64,000 nucleotides of DNA from an uncultured Verrucomicrobiae bacterium (lineage in GTDB: Bacteria > Verrucomicrobiota > Verrucomicrobiia > Limisphaerales > Palsa-1400). Position numbers and translations under genes: made by a program. The stretch lies in the NCBI GenBank assembly GCA_963707025.1, contig CAVPOM010000004.1, positions 843,735 to 907,734 of the forward strand, written 5' to 3'. Below, one piece after another: positions 18,601 through 30,363 of the stretch. The stretch's first letter is position 1, and each line of letters opens with the position of its first letter. Under the pieces are notes generated by a model. That model did no database searches. It was not told the origin of the DNA and saw nothing but the letters and a program-made list of their open reading frames with translations.

Positions 18601-21600
18601 ATCCTGGCGCACTCGGAAAACCCGGCCGTGCCGCAATTTATCGAACTCTACAATCACAGCACCAACAGCGTGGACGTCTCGGGCTGCATTCTGACCGATG
18701 ATCCGGCGACCAACAAATTCGTCATTCCCGCGGGCACGGTGATCGGCCCGGCCGGTTTTGTTTCCTTCACGCAATCGCAATTCGGCTTCACGCTCAACGG
18801 CGCGGGCGAAACGCTTTACTTCATCAAGCCCGACGGCAGCCGCATCTTGGACGCCGTGCAATTCGGGGCGCAGGCCGACGGCGTTTCCTATGGCCGCTGG
18901 CCGGATGGCGCGAATGATTTTTACGCCTTCACCACTAACACGCCCGGCGCGCACAACAGCGCCAATTCTGATCGGCGACATGGTCATCAACGAATTGATG
19001 TATGACCCGATCAGCGGCAACGACGACGATCAATACATCGAACTCTACAACAAGGGCACCAACACGGTGAATCTGTCCGGCTGGCAGTTCACGGCCGGCG
19101 TCACTTTCACTTTTCCACCCAATGTTCATGCTGGCCTCCGAACGGCTATCTGGTCGTGGCGCGCAACCTGACCAATCTGCTCGCCAAATATACCAATCTG
19201 AACGCCGGCAACACCGTGGGCAATTACTGCGGCAAAGCTGTCGCACAACGGCGAGCGGGTGGCCTTGGCCCATGCCGCGAGACGCTATTATGGCACCAAC
19301 ACCATCTACGTGGTAGAAGACGAGGTGACCTACGGCACCGGCGGACGCTGGGGCCAATGGTCCTCCGGCGGCGGCAGCAGCCTGGAACTGATTGATCCCC
19401 ACGCCAACCACCGCCTGGCCGCCAACTGGGCGGACAGCGACGAGACGCAAAAATCGTCAGTGGGTGGACATCGAAACCACCGGCGTGCTGGACAACGGCG
19501 CCAATTACGATGCCGGCGATTGATTACGCCCAGATCGGCCTGCTGGACGTGGGCGAATGTCTGGTGGACAACATCGAAGTGGATTACAACGGCAAGCAAT
19601 TATGTTTCCAACGCCGCCTTTGAAAGCGGCCTGGGTTGACCAACTGGTCGCTCCAAGGCTGCATGGTGCGTTCCAGCCTGGAAAACACCGGCTATCAAAG
19701 CAGCTATTCCCTGCACATCCGCTGCAGCGACCGCATTTGGACCGGCGACAATTCCTGCCAGGTGGCCCTGAACGCCAACACCACTGGCACGCGGCCAGAC
19801 GGCGACGCTGCGCTTCAAGGCGCGCTGGCTGCACGGCTGGCCGGAAGCGCTGCTCCGTTTGAACGGCAACTGGCTCGAAGCCACCGGCGCCCATGCCCGT
19901 GCCCGCCAACCTCGGCACGCCCGGGCGTGCCCAACAGCCGATCCGTGACCAATGCCGGGCCGGCCATTTACAAGGTCACCCACAATCCCGCCGTGCCGGC
20001 CGCCTAGCCAGGCGGTGGTGGTGACGGCGCAGGTGCATGATCCGGACGGCGTGCAAAAGCCTGACGCTTTATTACCGCATCGATCCGGCGACCAGCTTAC
20101 ACGGCCGTGCCGATGAAGGACGACGGCACGGGCGGCGACGCCATCGCCGGGCGACGGCGTTTTCAGCGCGACCATTCCCGGACAGGCTGCCAATCAAATC
20201 GTCGCCTTTTACATTGCCGCCACCGACAGCCGGGGCGCGGCAACGCGCTTTCCGGCCTTGCGTCCCAGTGACAATGAACCGGTGCGCGAATGCGTGGTGA
20301 TGTTCGGCGACGGCAATCCCGGCGGCAGTTTTGGCGTGTATCATTTGTGGCTCACCCAGACCAACGTGACCCGCTGGGCCAACTTGTCCGATTTGAGCAA
20401 CGAAGGCAACGATTGCACCTTCGTCAACGGCAACCGCGTCATCTACAACATGCAGGGCCGGTTTGCCGGCAGCCCGTATCACCAGGGCTTTGACACCCCC
20501 GCCGGCAATCTGTGCCATTACAAATGGGAATTTACCGACGACGACAAGTTTCTGGGCGCGACGGCTTTCAACAAGATCCATCAGCCGGGCAACGGACCGG
20601 GCGACGACGCCAGCCTCCAGCGCGAGCAGATGGCCAACACTTTTCTGCGCGCCCTGGGCGTGCCGTGGCTCAACCGCCGCTATGTGGCGGTCTATGTCAA
20701 CGGCAACCGCCGCGGCACGCTGATGGAAGACGCCCAGGTGCCCGGACAGCGATGTGGTCAAAGAACACTTCCCCAACGACGACGGACGGCTTCCTTTACA
20801 AAATGCAGCCGTGGTTTGAGATTCGGCTCCGTTCCCGTCGGGCAACACCATCGGCTTCAGCAATCAATCCTGGTGCAACCTGATGCCCTACACCACCACC
20901 GGCGGGGTGAAAAAGCCGGCGCGCTATCGCTACAATTTTGAGATCCGCCGCACGCCCGATTCCGACAACGACTTTACCAACGTCTTCTCCCTGGTGGACG
21001 CCGCCAGCTCCTATGGCACGCCCAATTACGTGGCCAACATGGAAAACCTGGCCGACATGGAGAACTGGATGCGGGTCTTTGCCGCCAACCACGCGGCGGG
21101 CAATTGGGATTCGTTTGGCGCGCAAAACGCCCAGAATCTTTACGGTTACATCGGCGCGCTGGGCACGAAATATGCCTTGTTGATGTGGGATTTCAACATC
21201 GTCATCGGCAACAGCGGTTCCTGGGGCCCGGGCCAGAATCTGTTCAATGTGAACGGTGAAGACCCCAACACCGCAGAATATTTACAACAATCCCACCTTC
21301 CTGCGCATGTATTGGCGCGCCTTGCAGGAACTGGTCAACGGCCCGCTCAATGTCGCCAATAGCGGACCGTTGCTCGATGCCAAATACAACGCCTTCACCG
21401 CCAACGGCCTCAGTGTCGAAAACCCCGGCACGAACATCAAACCCTGGCTTTCCCAGGCGCAGACCAGCATCGCCTCGCAACTGGCCGCGGTCAACGCCAC
21501 CAGTTTCCAGGTCAACCCAGCCGTGACCGTCAGCAACGACCTCGCCTACGTCACCGGGGGGGCTCCGGTGAACGTGGCCGCCGTCTGGATCAACGGCGTG

Positions 21601-24183
21601 GCCTATCCGCTGACCTGGACGAGCTTGACCAACTGGACCGTCGCCGTGCCGCTGACCAATGGAGCCAACCTTTTGAGCATCGTGGGCGTGGACCGCAGCG
21701 GCCAGCCGCTCGCCGGGGACAGCAATCAGTTGACCGTCGCCTACAGCGGGACGATCCCGCCGCCGGCCGGGCAGGTGGTCATCAACGAAATCATGTAGAA
21801 CCCGTCCGTCGCCGACGCGCGAATATGTGGAACTGTACAACAACTCCACCAACCTCACTTATGATTTGTCCGGCTGGCAGTTGCAAGGCTTGTCCTACAC
21901 CTTCCCGCCCGGTTCCTTGCTGTCTCCGCTGGGTTTTCTGGTCCTGGCGGCCAACGCCCCGGCCTTTGCCGCGGCTTACGGAGCAACCAACCTTGTGTTT
22001 GACACCTTCGATTCGCACCCTTTCGCCCGGCCAGCTCCTCTCCCTCGAACAACCCGGCGGCGGCAGCAACCTGATCGTGGCCCAAGTGCTGTTCGACGAT
22101 GCTTTGCCCTGGCCAACCAATGCCAGCAATCCCGGCGTCTCCCTGCAATTGATTGATCCGCGCCAGGACAACTGGCGCGCCGGCAACTGGAGCGCCGGGC
22201 AAACCAATCCCCCGCCCGTCGTTCCGCAGTGGGTGTAAGCCGCCGCCACCGGCGCCGCCTCCAGCTCCTTGCTTTATATTTACCTCCAATCCGCCGGCGA
22301 TGTTTATCTGGACGACATCAAATTGGTGGCCGGCAGCGTGCCGGAAGCGGGCGCCAACACCTTGACCGACGGCGATTTTGAATCCGGTTTCCCCGACGGT
22401 TCCGTGTGGAACGTCTCCCCGAATCTCACCGGTTCGGCCCTGAGCACCACGCTCCAGCATTCCGGCAACGCCAGCCTGCATGTCGTCTCCACCGCCGCCG
22501 GCACCACCAAGGCCAGCGCCATCTACCAGAACCTTTCGCCCGCCCTGACGACCAACGCGACTTACACCCTCAGTTACTGGTATCTGCAAAGCACCAATGG
22601 CGGACCGCTCACCGTCCGCCTCTCCGGTTCGGGGATCGTTGACACCGTCGAATCCGGCCCCTCCCGCCGCTCTCGCCCACTCGCTCTTCACGCCGGACGC
22701 CGGCAACAGCGTCGCGGTCAGCCTCCCGCCCTTCCCGCCGCTTTGGATCAATGAAGTCGAGCCGGACAATCTCACCGGCCTGACCAACAGCGCCGGACAA
22801 CACGCCCCCTGGCTGGAACTTTTCAACCCGGGCACCAACACGGTTTCTTTGGCCAACCTCTACCTGACCGGCAGTTACACCAACCTGACCAATTGGGCCT
22901 TCCCGTCCGGCGCGGTCATCAACCCCGGCCAATTCATGGTGGTTTTTGCCGACGGCCAGACCAACCTCTCCACTTTGAGCCAACTGCATGCCAGCTTTGC
23001 CCTCGGCGGCAGCGCCGGATCGGTGGCTTTAAGCCGCCTCTACCTCGGCCAGCCCCAGGTGCTGGACTATGTCAACTATACCAACCTCCCGCCCAATTGG
23101 TCCTATGGTTCGCTGCCCGACGGCCAGAGCTTTGTCCGCGTGGCGTTTTATTCCCCCACGCCCGGCTCCGGCAACAGCAATAGCGGCGCCCTGCCGGCCT
23201 CGTTTATCGCTTACAACACCGGCGGTTCTGTTTACACTCAGGACTTTGACTCCCTGCCCGATCCGGGTTCGACTTCGGTCAACACGGCCAATCCGGTGAC
23301 CATCAACGGCGTGACCTATTCCCTGCCCAATCCCTTTGACTTTGCCTTCCCCGTTTCGGCCACGGGCAACAGCGGCGGACTGGGCCTGGCCGCCATGGCC
23401 GGCTGGTATGGTCTGGCCGATCCGACGGCCGGCGTGGGCGTGCGCTTTGGCGCCACCGATGGCGACCAGACCACCGGCGGACAGCTCAGTTTCGGGCTGC
23501 CCAACGGTTCCAACCGCGCCTTGGGCCTGCTGGCCACCAGCACCACCGGCTACACCGCCATCGGCGCCAAGTTTATCAACAACACCGCTGCCGCCATGAA
23601 CTTCATCAACCTGCAAGTGACCGGTGAAATCTGGCGGCAATCCAACATCCCCAAGATCCTGGAATGTTATTATTTCATTGATCCCACCGCCACGGCGCCC
23701 ATGTCCACTCATGCCACCGCCTATCTCACGGCCTTCAACATCTCTTTCCCAACTGTTTCCGGGGACGTGGGCGGCGCGGCGGTGGATGGAACCGCGCCGG
23801 CCAACCAGGTTTATCTGGCCGTGACGAACCAAGCCATCGCCAATTGGCCGCCGGGCGCGGCTTTTTGGCTCGTTTGGGAAATGGCCGATTCGACGGGCAA
23901 GGCCCAAGGGCTGGCCATTGACAACTTGAGCTTCGCCGCCACCGCCCTGGGCACGGCGACCAACACCGTCACCCTCGGCATCCAAAGTTCAGCCGCCGAT
24001 CCATTGGTGCTGTCCTGGCCGGCCCCGGCGACGGGTTATCAATTATATTGCACCACCAATCTGGCCCCGCCGGTCGCCTGGTCTCTGGTGACCAACCCGG
24101 TCGCCGGGAGCAACGGATCATTCTTCCTGGCCATTCCGCCCACCAACGCCGCCGCCCAATTTTTCCGCCTGATGGCGCGCTGA
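15683..24183 (+). pseudogene. Very large secreted lamin-tail/PA14/Ig/CotH protein broken by many frameshifts (probably assembly error)
   Basis: Consecutive fragments in shifting frames: GADIWGTAD module, PA14-like (YTFWIASDD), repeated VVINEI lamin-tail domains, CotH-like GNWDSF...LMWDFN and C-terminal FFRL. Confidence 0.75.
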
Positions 24184-24257
24184 ATCGGGCCGCCCTGTTT
24201 ATAGGGATGCGTGCAAAAATACCCTCTGATTTTGCTTTTGGAGCAAGACCGGTTCGG

Positions 24258-24356
24258 ATTGAGAATTGGTCGTTGAAGAATGGTCATTGGCAATTGAAAA
24301 CCACCTCCCCGACCGCCCAATGACCGATGACAATTTGTCAATTTTCAATTCTCAAT
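24258..24356. repeat. Imperfect intergenic inverted repeat built from 7-nt units
   Basis: ATTGAGAATTG (24258) pairs with CAATTCTCAAT (ends 24356); inner GGTCATTGG pairs with CCAATGACC. Confidence 0.6.
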
Positions 24357-24551
24357 GGCTCTCAAGAGCGCGCTCCCGGGCGCCACTTCGATCCCGTTTC
24401 GAATTGCGCCTCAATTTCCGAAGTGGTTTTTGCCCGGAGCCTGGGCTGAATGATCGTGACTTGCGCCAAGGCAAATATAATCTTGCCCGGAAGCCGGGGT
24501 AAGTCAGTATGGCGGCGTGAAAGTCTTCCGGCTTATCGCCGCTTTGCTCTT

Positions 24552-27092
24552 ATGCTGGCCGGCATCACCGCATTAAGATGGGGCCTCCTTTTGGCCACTC
24601 TGTCTGGAATGGCCGCCGCCCAGGAAATCATCCCTTTCCCGCGGGCCGTCATCAAAAGCGAGAAGATGCTCGAGTGGACTTTCCAAACGAATGCCGCGGG
24701 ATGGGCGGCGGCGCACGACTCTGTCCTCAGCGCGACCGGCGGCGTTCTGCGTATTCAGAGCAGCGGTGATGATCCCTATCTCTTTGGGCCGCCCATCCAG
24801 ATTGAGGGACCGGTCACGGCGCGGCTCCGCTTAAAATGCGCCGCCGGCGGCAACGCACAAATCTTCTGGGCCACGGCGGTCGCGCCGCATTTCGACGAGG
24901 CGCGCAGCGAACACTTCCACCTCATTCACGACAACCAGTGGCACGATTACACCATCGCGCTGGCCGCCGGGGGAACGATTCAGCAATTGCGTCTGGACCC
25001 GGCCGAGGGCCCTGGCGTCATCGAGTTGGAATCCTTTCAATTGACTCGGGAGACGCTGCACCCGCTTGAGATTCAATCGGTCCATACCGATGGCGCCAAC
25101 GTCAGCGTGCGGCTGAAGAATTATGCCGCCGAACCGGTTTCCTTCACGATGGCTGGCCGGCCCTTCGCCCTGGACGCGGGCGCCACCGGTGAGTTCTCCC
25201 AAATCGCGCCGGGCAACGCGCCGTTCCGCGCGCACGACCTGGCCATCCAATCCGCCGGGCTGCCGCCCATTCACCGCGTTGTTTCCATTATTGACTCCGT
25301 GCCGGTCGCCCATTGGACGAGCCTCCAGTCGGGCGGACTCGTGCTGCGTGCCGCTCCGGACGGTTCCGGCGCGCGCATTGAACTTGCTGGCCGCCTGGTT
25401 GGTGTGCTGGCGCCGTTGCTCAGCCGGGATGGCGTGACCCCCCAAATGAAATTGACCGGCAGCGCCCATGCCCTCCTCTGGCGCGGCCAGGGCGTCACGC
25501 TTGACCTGTCCCTGCACGAGGACGCGATCACGGCAAAGATTGAAAGCGACCGCCCGTGCGAGGGTCCGGTGCTGCGCGCCTTCGGGCCTCTGGAACAAGG
25601 TCTGTTCCCGGGATTGGAGTACCTGGCCAAGGGCGAGCATTCCTCCTCCACCCTGGACATTGAAACCGCCGAACACGTCCGCTTCGCTCCTGATCCGCGG
25701 AAAGTCACCATGCCGTTGATGGCCTTCGTCACCGATCGCGCCCTGGCGGCCATGACCTGGCGCGACCTGTCCTTGCAGCCGGTTTTTGCCACCCCCAATT
25801 TCCTGGACGGACCCGAAGGCCATCGCGCCTCCCTGCGCGGGTCCAATATCCAATGCACCATCCTGGTCCGCCCACCCGGGCCGATTGAAGAGGCGGTCCT
25901 TTGGGCGGCGCAACGCCGGGGGCTGCCGCCGCTGCCGGCCCCGCCGCGCCCGCGCCAGGCGGAACTTGACTTATGCTTGACTGCGTTGAGCGGGCCTCCC
26001 CTCAAAACCGCCGAAGGCTGGGGCCACTGCGCCGAACCCAACTGGCCGCGCCAGCCCTACGCCGATCAGGCCTCGACCGTCTGGCGCTTGACCGGGCAAA
26101 TCCCGGCGCTGCCCCGGCTGGTTCCGGGCGGCGCGCACATCGTCAACGATGCCATTTATTTTCTCACCGGCCGGGCCGGCGAGTGGCTGGCCATGCGCTC
26201 CGCCCGCGCGCGCCAGATCATGGCGGAGCAGAAGCCCGACGGCTCATTCCGTTATGACGGCCCCTATCAACGCGGCCATTTTGAGGACACGGCCAGCGGC
26301 TATTGCGCCGCGCGCGCCGTGGAATTATTGGAGCACGCCTGGCTCACCGGTGACGCCGCCTCGCTGCAAGCCGGGGTCAAGGCGCTGGAGTTCATGAAGC
26401 ATTTCCGAGATCCGCGCGGCGCTCAAACCTGGGAGGTCCCGTTGCACACGCCCGACATCCTGGCTTCCGCTTACCTGGTGCAGGCTTATGTGCGGGGCTG
26501 GCAGTTGACCGGGCAGCGCGATTATCTCGACCGTGCGCGCGCCTGGGCGGTCACCGGCCTGCCGTTTGTCTATCAATGGAGCGACGAGCCGACCATGGCC
26601 TACGCCACCATCCCGGTTTTCGGCGCGACCGGCTGGCAAGCCCCCAACTGGATGGGGCTGCCCGTCCAATGGTGCGGCTACGTCTATGCTTACGCGCTGA
26701 CCATGCTGGCGCCGCTGGATCATGCGATGGACTGGAAGAAAATTGCCACGGGGATTCTGACCACCGCCGAGCGGATGCAATATCCCTCCGGCCAATTCGC
26801 CGGGTGCGAACCGGATTCGTTCAATCTGGCCGAGCAACGGCGCAACGGCCCGGCCATCAATCCCTGCGCCCTCGTCAGCCTGCGCCTGGCGCTGGAAGGC
26901 AAACTGGATTCCCTCGCCGTCGCCACGGGCGCCGGACACCGCGTCCTCGCCCCGTTTCCCGTGACCATTCGCGGCGGCCAGGCCCGCCTCCAGGCCCGCC
27001 AAGGCGTGGCCTACCAAATCGTCGTGGACGGCGCGCGCATCGTCCAAGTCCAATCCCGCGGCGACGATTCCATTCCGCTGCCCGTGAAGTAA
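24552..27092 (+). CDS. Secreted hypothetical protein with an N-terminal carbohydrate-binding-like domain and a C-terminal alpha-toroid (hydrolase/lyase-like) region
   Basis: Signal ending AAAQ; DDPYL...LRLDP module; PRGAQTWEVPLHTPDILAS and YLDRARAWA helical repeats. Confidence 0.65.
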   Translation: MLAGITALRWGLLLATLSGMAAAQEIIPFPRAVIKSEKMLEWTFQTNAAGWAAAHDSVLSATGGVLRIQSSGDDPYLFGPPIQIEGPVTARLRLKCAAGGNAQIFWATAVAPHFDEARSEHFHLIHDNQWHDYTIALAAGGTIQQLRLDPAEGPGVIELESFQLTRETLHPLEIQSVHTDGANVSVRLKNYAAEPVSFTMAGRPFALDAGATGEFSQIAPGNAPFRAHDLAIQSAGLPPIHRVVSIIDSVPVAHWTSLQSGGLVLRAAPDGSGARIELAGRLVGVLAPLLSRDGVTPQMKLTGSAHALLWRGQGVTLDLSLHEDAITAKIESDRPCEGPVLRAFGPLEQGLFPGLEYLAKGEHSSSTLDIETAEHVRFAPDPRKVTMPLMAFVTDRALAAMTWRDLSLQPVFATPNFLDGPEGHRASLRGSNIQCTILVRPPGPIEEAVLWAAQRRGLPPLPAPPRPRQAELDLCLTALSGPPLKTAEGWGHCAEPNWPRQPYADQASTVWRLTGQIPALPRLVPGGAHIVNDAIYFLTGRAGEWLAMRSARARQIMAEQKPDGSFRYDGPYQRGHFEDTASGYCAARAVELLEHAWLTGDAASLQAGVKALEFMKHFRDPRGAQTWEVPLHTPDILASAYLVQAYVRGWQLTGQRDYLDRARAWAVTGLPFVYQWSDEPTMAYATIPVFGATGWQAPNWMGLPVQWCGYVYAYALTMLAPLDHAMDWKKIATGILTTAERMQYPSGQFAGCEPDSFNLAEQRRNGPAINPCALVSLRLALEGKLDSLAVATGAGHRVLAPFPVTIRGGQARLQARQGVAYQIVVDGARIVQVQSRGDDSIPLPVK

Positions 27093-27504
27093 CGTCCCAC
27101 GCCGGAGTTCGGCAGGGCGTTGCCGGAATCGGCCAAGTGAGATTGGAGGAAAAAGGGATCAACCCATGGTTTGGTGCTATTTGACGGATGTTCGTCTTGA
27201 AAGAACCACGTAAAAACGAACCAAACTATGGGTGCCCCCTTTCCCTATTTGACCGCGAGGCCGACGGGAGCAAAAGACTTTGAAATCAGACCGCCTGCGG
27301 CGGTAGAATTGGAGACCCTCAGAAAACGGAGAGGCTGGACGGGCAGTGCTCCGCACGGCTCGTTTTCTCTTTCGAAAGGGTTTGGAAGCGCGGAATGAAC
27401 AACAGTCAAACAGAAGTATATCTGACATCAGACCGCGAAACTCGCGCTTATTTTATGCGCTCCGTGGTCTGAAGGATGAGGTCCACCTCCACGAACCAAG
27501 TTCC

Positions 27505-28993
27505 ATGCGAACGAACGGGGCCAAAAAGAAACAAATTCCTGTCACTAAAATCCCTGATGCCAGGTTTTCCGATGTCTTTTTCGGACTGCTTCTGCTGTGT
27601 TTCGGGATGGACGCCGCGGTTTTTGGCCAAACCAGCACCCTGACCCTCAGCGCCGCCGCCGGGGCGCGGCAATCATTAATCGGCATGGGCGCGACAGAAG
27701 GGGTGCCGCGCAATTATGCAAGGCTGCCCTTGGACAGCCGTCTGGACATGGCGCGGATGATTTGGGGCCATGATGGCCTCGGTTTCCGGGTCTGCAAACT
27801 GTGGGGCGACCCGCGCTGGGCCCCCAACGCAGCCCAAATGCTCTCCAGCTACAAAAGGTTCTACGATGACATCAACTCGGTCCAGACGAATATGATTTGG
27901 CTGTATGGCGCCGTAGGAAATGCCGCCAGCCAAGGCCTTGCCAACTATGCGGCCCATCATGCGCAGATGGTCGCCGACTGCAAGGAGGGCGGCATGGTTT
28001 TTCAGTATGTGGGGACATGCAATGAACCCAATGACCACACTCTGTATGCTCCCAGCCAGGCGGCGGAGGTCGTCAAGGATTTTCGCGCGGAACTGGACAA
28101 AAGGGGGCTTCAGAATGTAAAAGTCACTCTCTCCGGAATGTGCCAGTGTTGATGCCATGGGCATGAGCTACATTCAGAATATCAAGGACGATCCTGCCGC
28201 GCTGGCCGGCCTGACCGCCTTTGCCAGCCATTCGGCCAATATGTGTTTTACCCCGGCCTACTACAACCTGTGCCATGTTCCGGGCAAGGAATCCTGGATG
28301 ACGGAAGGGGATGCCAACGGTCCCGAGGGGACTAACGATGCGGGTCTTGCGGCAAGTTTTACCGCAAAGGCATGCAATGATTTTAATTTCGGCTGCCAGG
28401 CATGGTTGCATTTCTTGGCCTATCTCGAATACGACCCCCGCGACAACGCCACGCGCATCATGGGCTATGACCAAAACACGGGCGAACACCAACCGTTTCT
28501 CAAGTATTACTATTACAAGCAGTTGCGGCTGGCCTTCAAGGACGGCTGTGTGTTTCGTTCGTCCACCAGCAGTGATACCCGTGAGGACCGCTATAGAACG
28601 ATGTGCCTGACCTATGGCGACAAGCCGGCGATTGTCGGGGCCGCCGCGCGCAATGCGGACGGCTCCTGGGGCCTGAGCGTCGTCAATCTGACCGGTGAGC
28701 CGGCCCGCCGGGGGGACAGTCGCGGCTCCGCCAACTATCAGCCGGCCGCAACTTATGACATCACCTATCAGGTCGCGGAATTGGAGAAGGCAGGCACGGT
28801 CAGCTTCACCTTGTACCGTTCCAGCTCCACAGTGCGGGTGGCCAACCAGGGGGCGGTTTCCATGACTGGCGGCAAGGTCGCCTTCACCATCGCGCCCCTG
28901 GAACTGGTCACGCTGGTGAGCGCCCCAGCCGGGCCAAGCACTTCCCAGCGCAGCGGCATTGCCCCAGTAAAGGGGTCAAGGCCGGAATTCTGA
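27505..28993 (+). pseudogene. Secreted clan GH-A (GH30-like) glycoside hydrolase with one frameshift near 28130
   Basis: Acid/base motif CNEPND in the first fragment and nucleophile motif WMTE in the second. The frame changes at a CTCTCT tract. Confidence 0.7.
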
Positions 28994-29111
28994 GCTATAA
29001 CCATAATCAAGTCGCGGCGGTTTTACGTTCGCTACAATGTGCAACCCATATTCAGCTTTCCGGGCTTGACCCCTTCACCCCTTCATGACCCCTTCACGGT
29101 CTTCGGGCGGC

Positions 29112-29957
29112 CTACGGCGCTTGCGGGTCCCTGGCGGTGATGCGCAGGATCGGGTTGCCGTTTATCCGGGTCGCTTGCCATCCAAATTCATCCAACAACG
29201 ACTGCATGGCCTGGCGCGGTGTGATATTTTTCATTTTTTCGCTCACCCGCGGGGACAGAATGGGATGGTGATTGGTGTCCTGTGGATTGGCCAGACGAGG
29301 GTCAATTTGGATGTTCAGCCGCGACAGAAGGGCCAACTCCCGAATGGCATCCGGCAAGGGAAGGTCGTCAAAGGTCATCGCCTCGACCACTTCGTCTCGT
29401 GCGGTCGCGTTGGCCGCCACCGCGGCCGGAGCGCCTGCGGCAAGCGACTTGTCCAAAACATTAACTTTTGTCAGCGGCGGACCAACCGCGTTGGGGTCCT
29501 TGGCGTGGATGCGGATAATCGGATTGTTCGAATCGCGTTCCATCTGCCAGCCATAATTGTCCAACAACGCCTGCAAGGCCTGATTGGGAGTCACCGCCCT
29601 CCATCTTTCCTTCACCTTGGGTGGTGGCATGGGATTTCCATTGGCGGCCTTTTGGTTGAGAAGCGCGGGGTCAACTTGCACGAGGAGACGCGCGTGTTTT
29701 GCCAGCTCGCCAAGCGCGTCCGGCAGGGAAAGGTCATCGAGGACGAGAATTTCCGCCACCTTGTCGCCCGGCGTGGTGTTCATCTCCATCCCAACCGGTT
29801 TGCCGGCGGCTGCGGCGACAGCCTGTGCTGCTATGGCCTCCGGATTGGCCGCATTGGTGTCGCTGCCCGCGCTGGAGTGCCCGGGCAGGATGAGAAAAAG
29901 CGCGGTCGCCAGAACCGTTGCCGTGGCCGCCCCAAAAGTCTTCGGTTGCGTTCTCAT
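29112..29957 (-). CDS. Exported protein with two tandem secretin-N0/STN-like domains
   Basis: Signal peptide plus an internal repeat DDLxLPDAxxELA...DP...TPxQAxQxLLDxxGWQ. Confidence 0.6.
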   Translation of the reverse strand: MRTQPKTFGAATATVLATALFLILPGHSSAGSDTNAANPEAIAAQAVAAAAGKPVGMEMNTTPGDKVAEILVLDDLSLPDALGELAKHARLLVQVDPALLNQKAANGNPMPPPKVKERWRAVTPNQALQALLDNYGWQMERDSNNPIIRIHAKDPNAVGPPLTKVNVLDKSLAAGAPAAVAANATARDEVVEAMTFDDLPLPDAIRELALLSRLNIQIDPRLANPQDTNHHPILSPRVSEKMKNITPRQAMQSLLDEFGWQATRINGNPILRITARDPQAP

Positions 29958-30363
29958 AATTTGGCTCTTTCACTGGTCATTCTTTCCCGCCCTGACGAAT
30001 CTTTAAAACACACGTGGTTCCCGCCCCCTGGCAAGCCCACCGCGCCTCCTGATTCCTCCCACCCTTCTTCGGGTGAGGGACAGCCGTTTGTTTGCCACAT
30101 AAACTCCTTAATTGCAGATGCATGTTTTAAATCCGTTCTGCCGCCAACATGTTAGACTACCGCCCAGTCAAACTATTCGATTTGACATTCCCCATTTTGA
30201 TTCTTGCCCACGACCAGCGTGCCTCTCAGGCAGCCAATGGGAGAATCCGGCACAGGCATGGCCGCCCGATTTGAAGGATTCTGTCTGTGTCCCGGTTCGA
30301 TGTTTTAGCTGGACATTGAGTGATGCAACGGCTAAAAGGACAGGGACAGAAAGGTGCTGAAAT

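Noticed and set aside
21796..22238. Stop-codon reassignment (TAG/TAA read as Tyr)
   Set aside because: TAG and TAA terminate intact genes elsewhere in the window, and the region is full of other errors.
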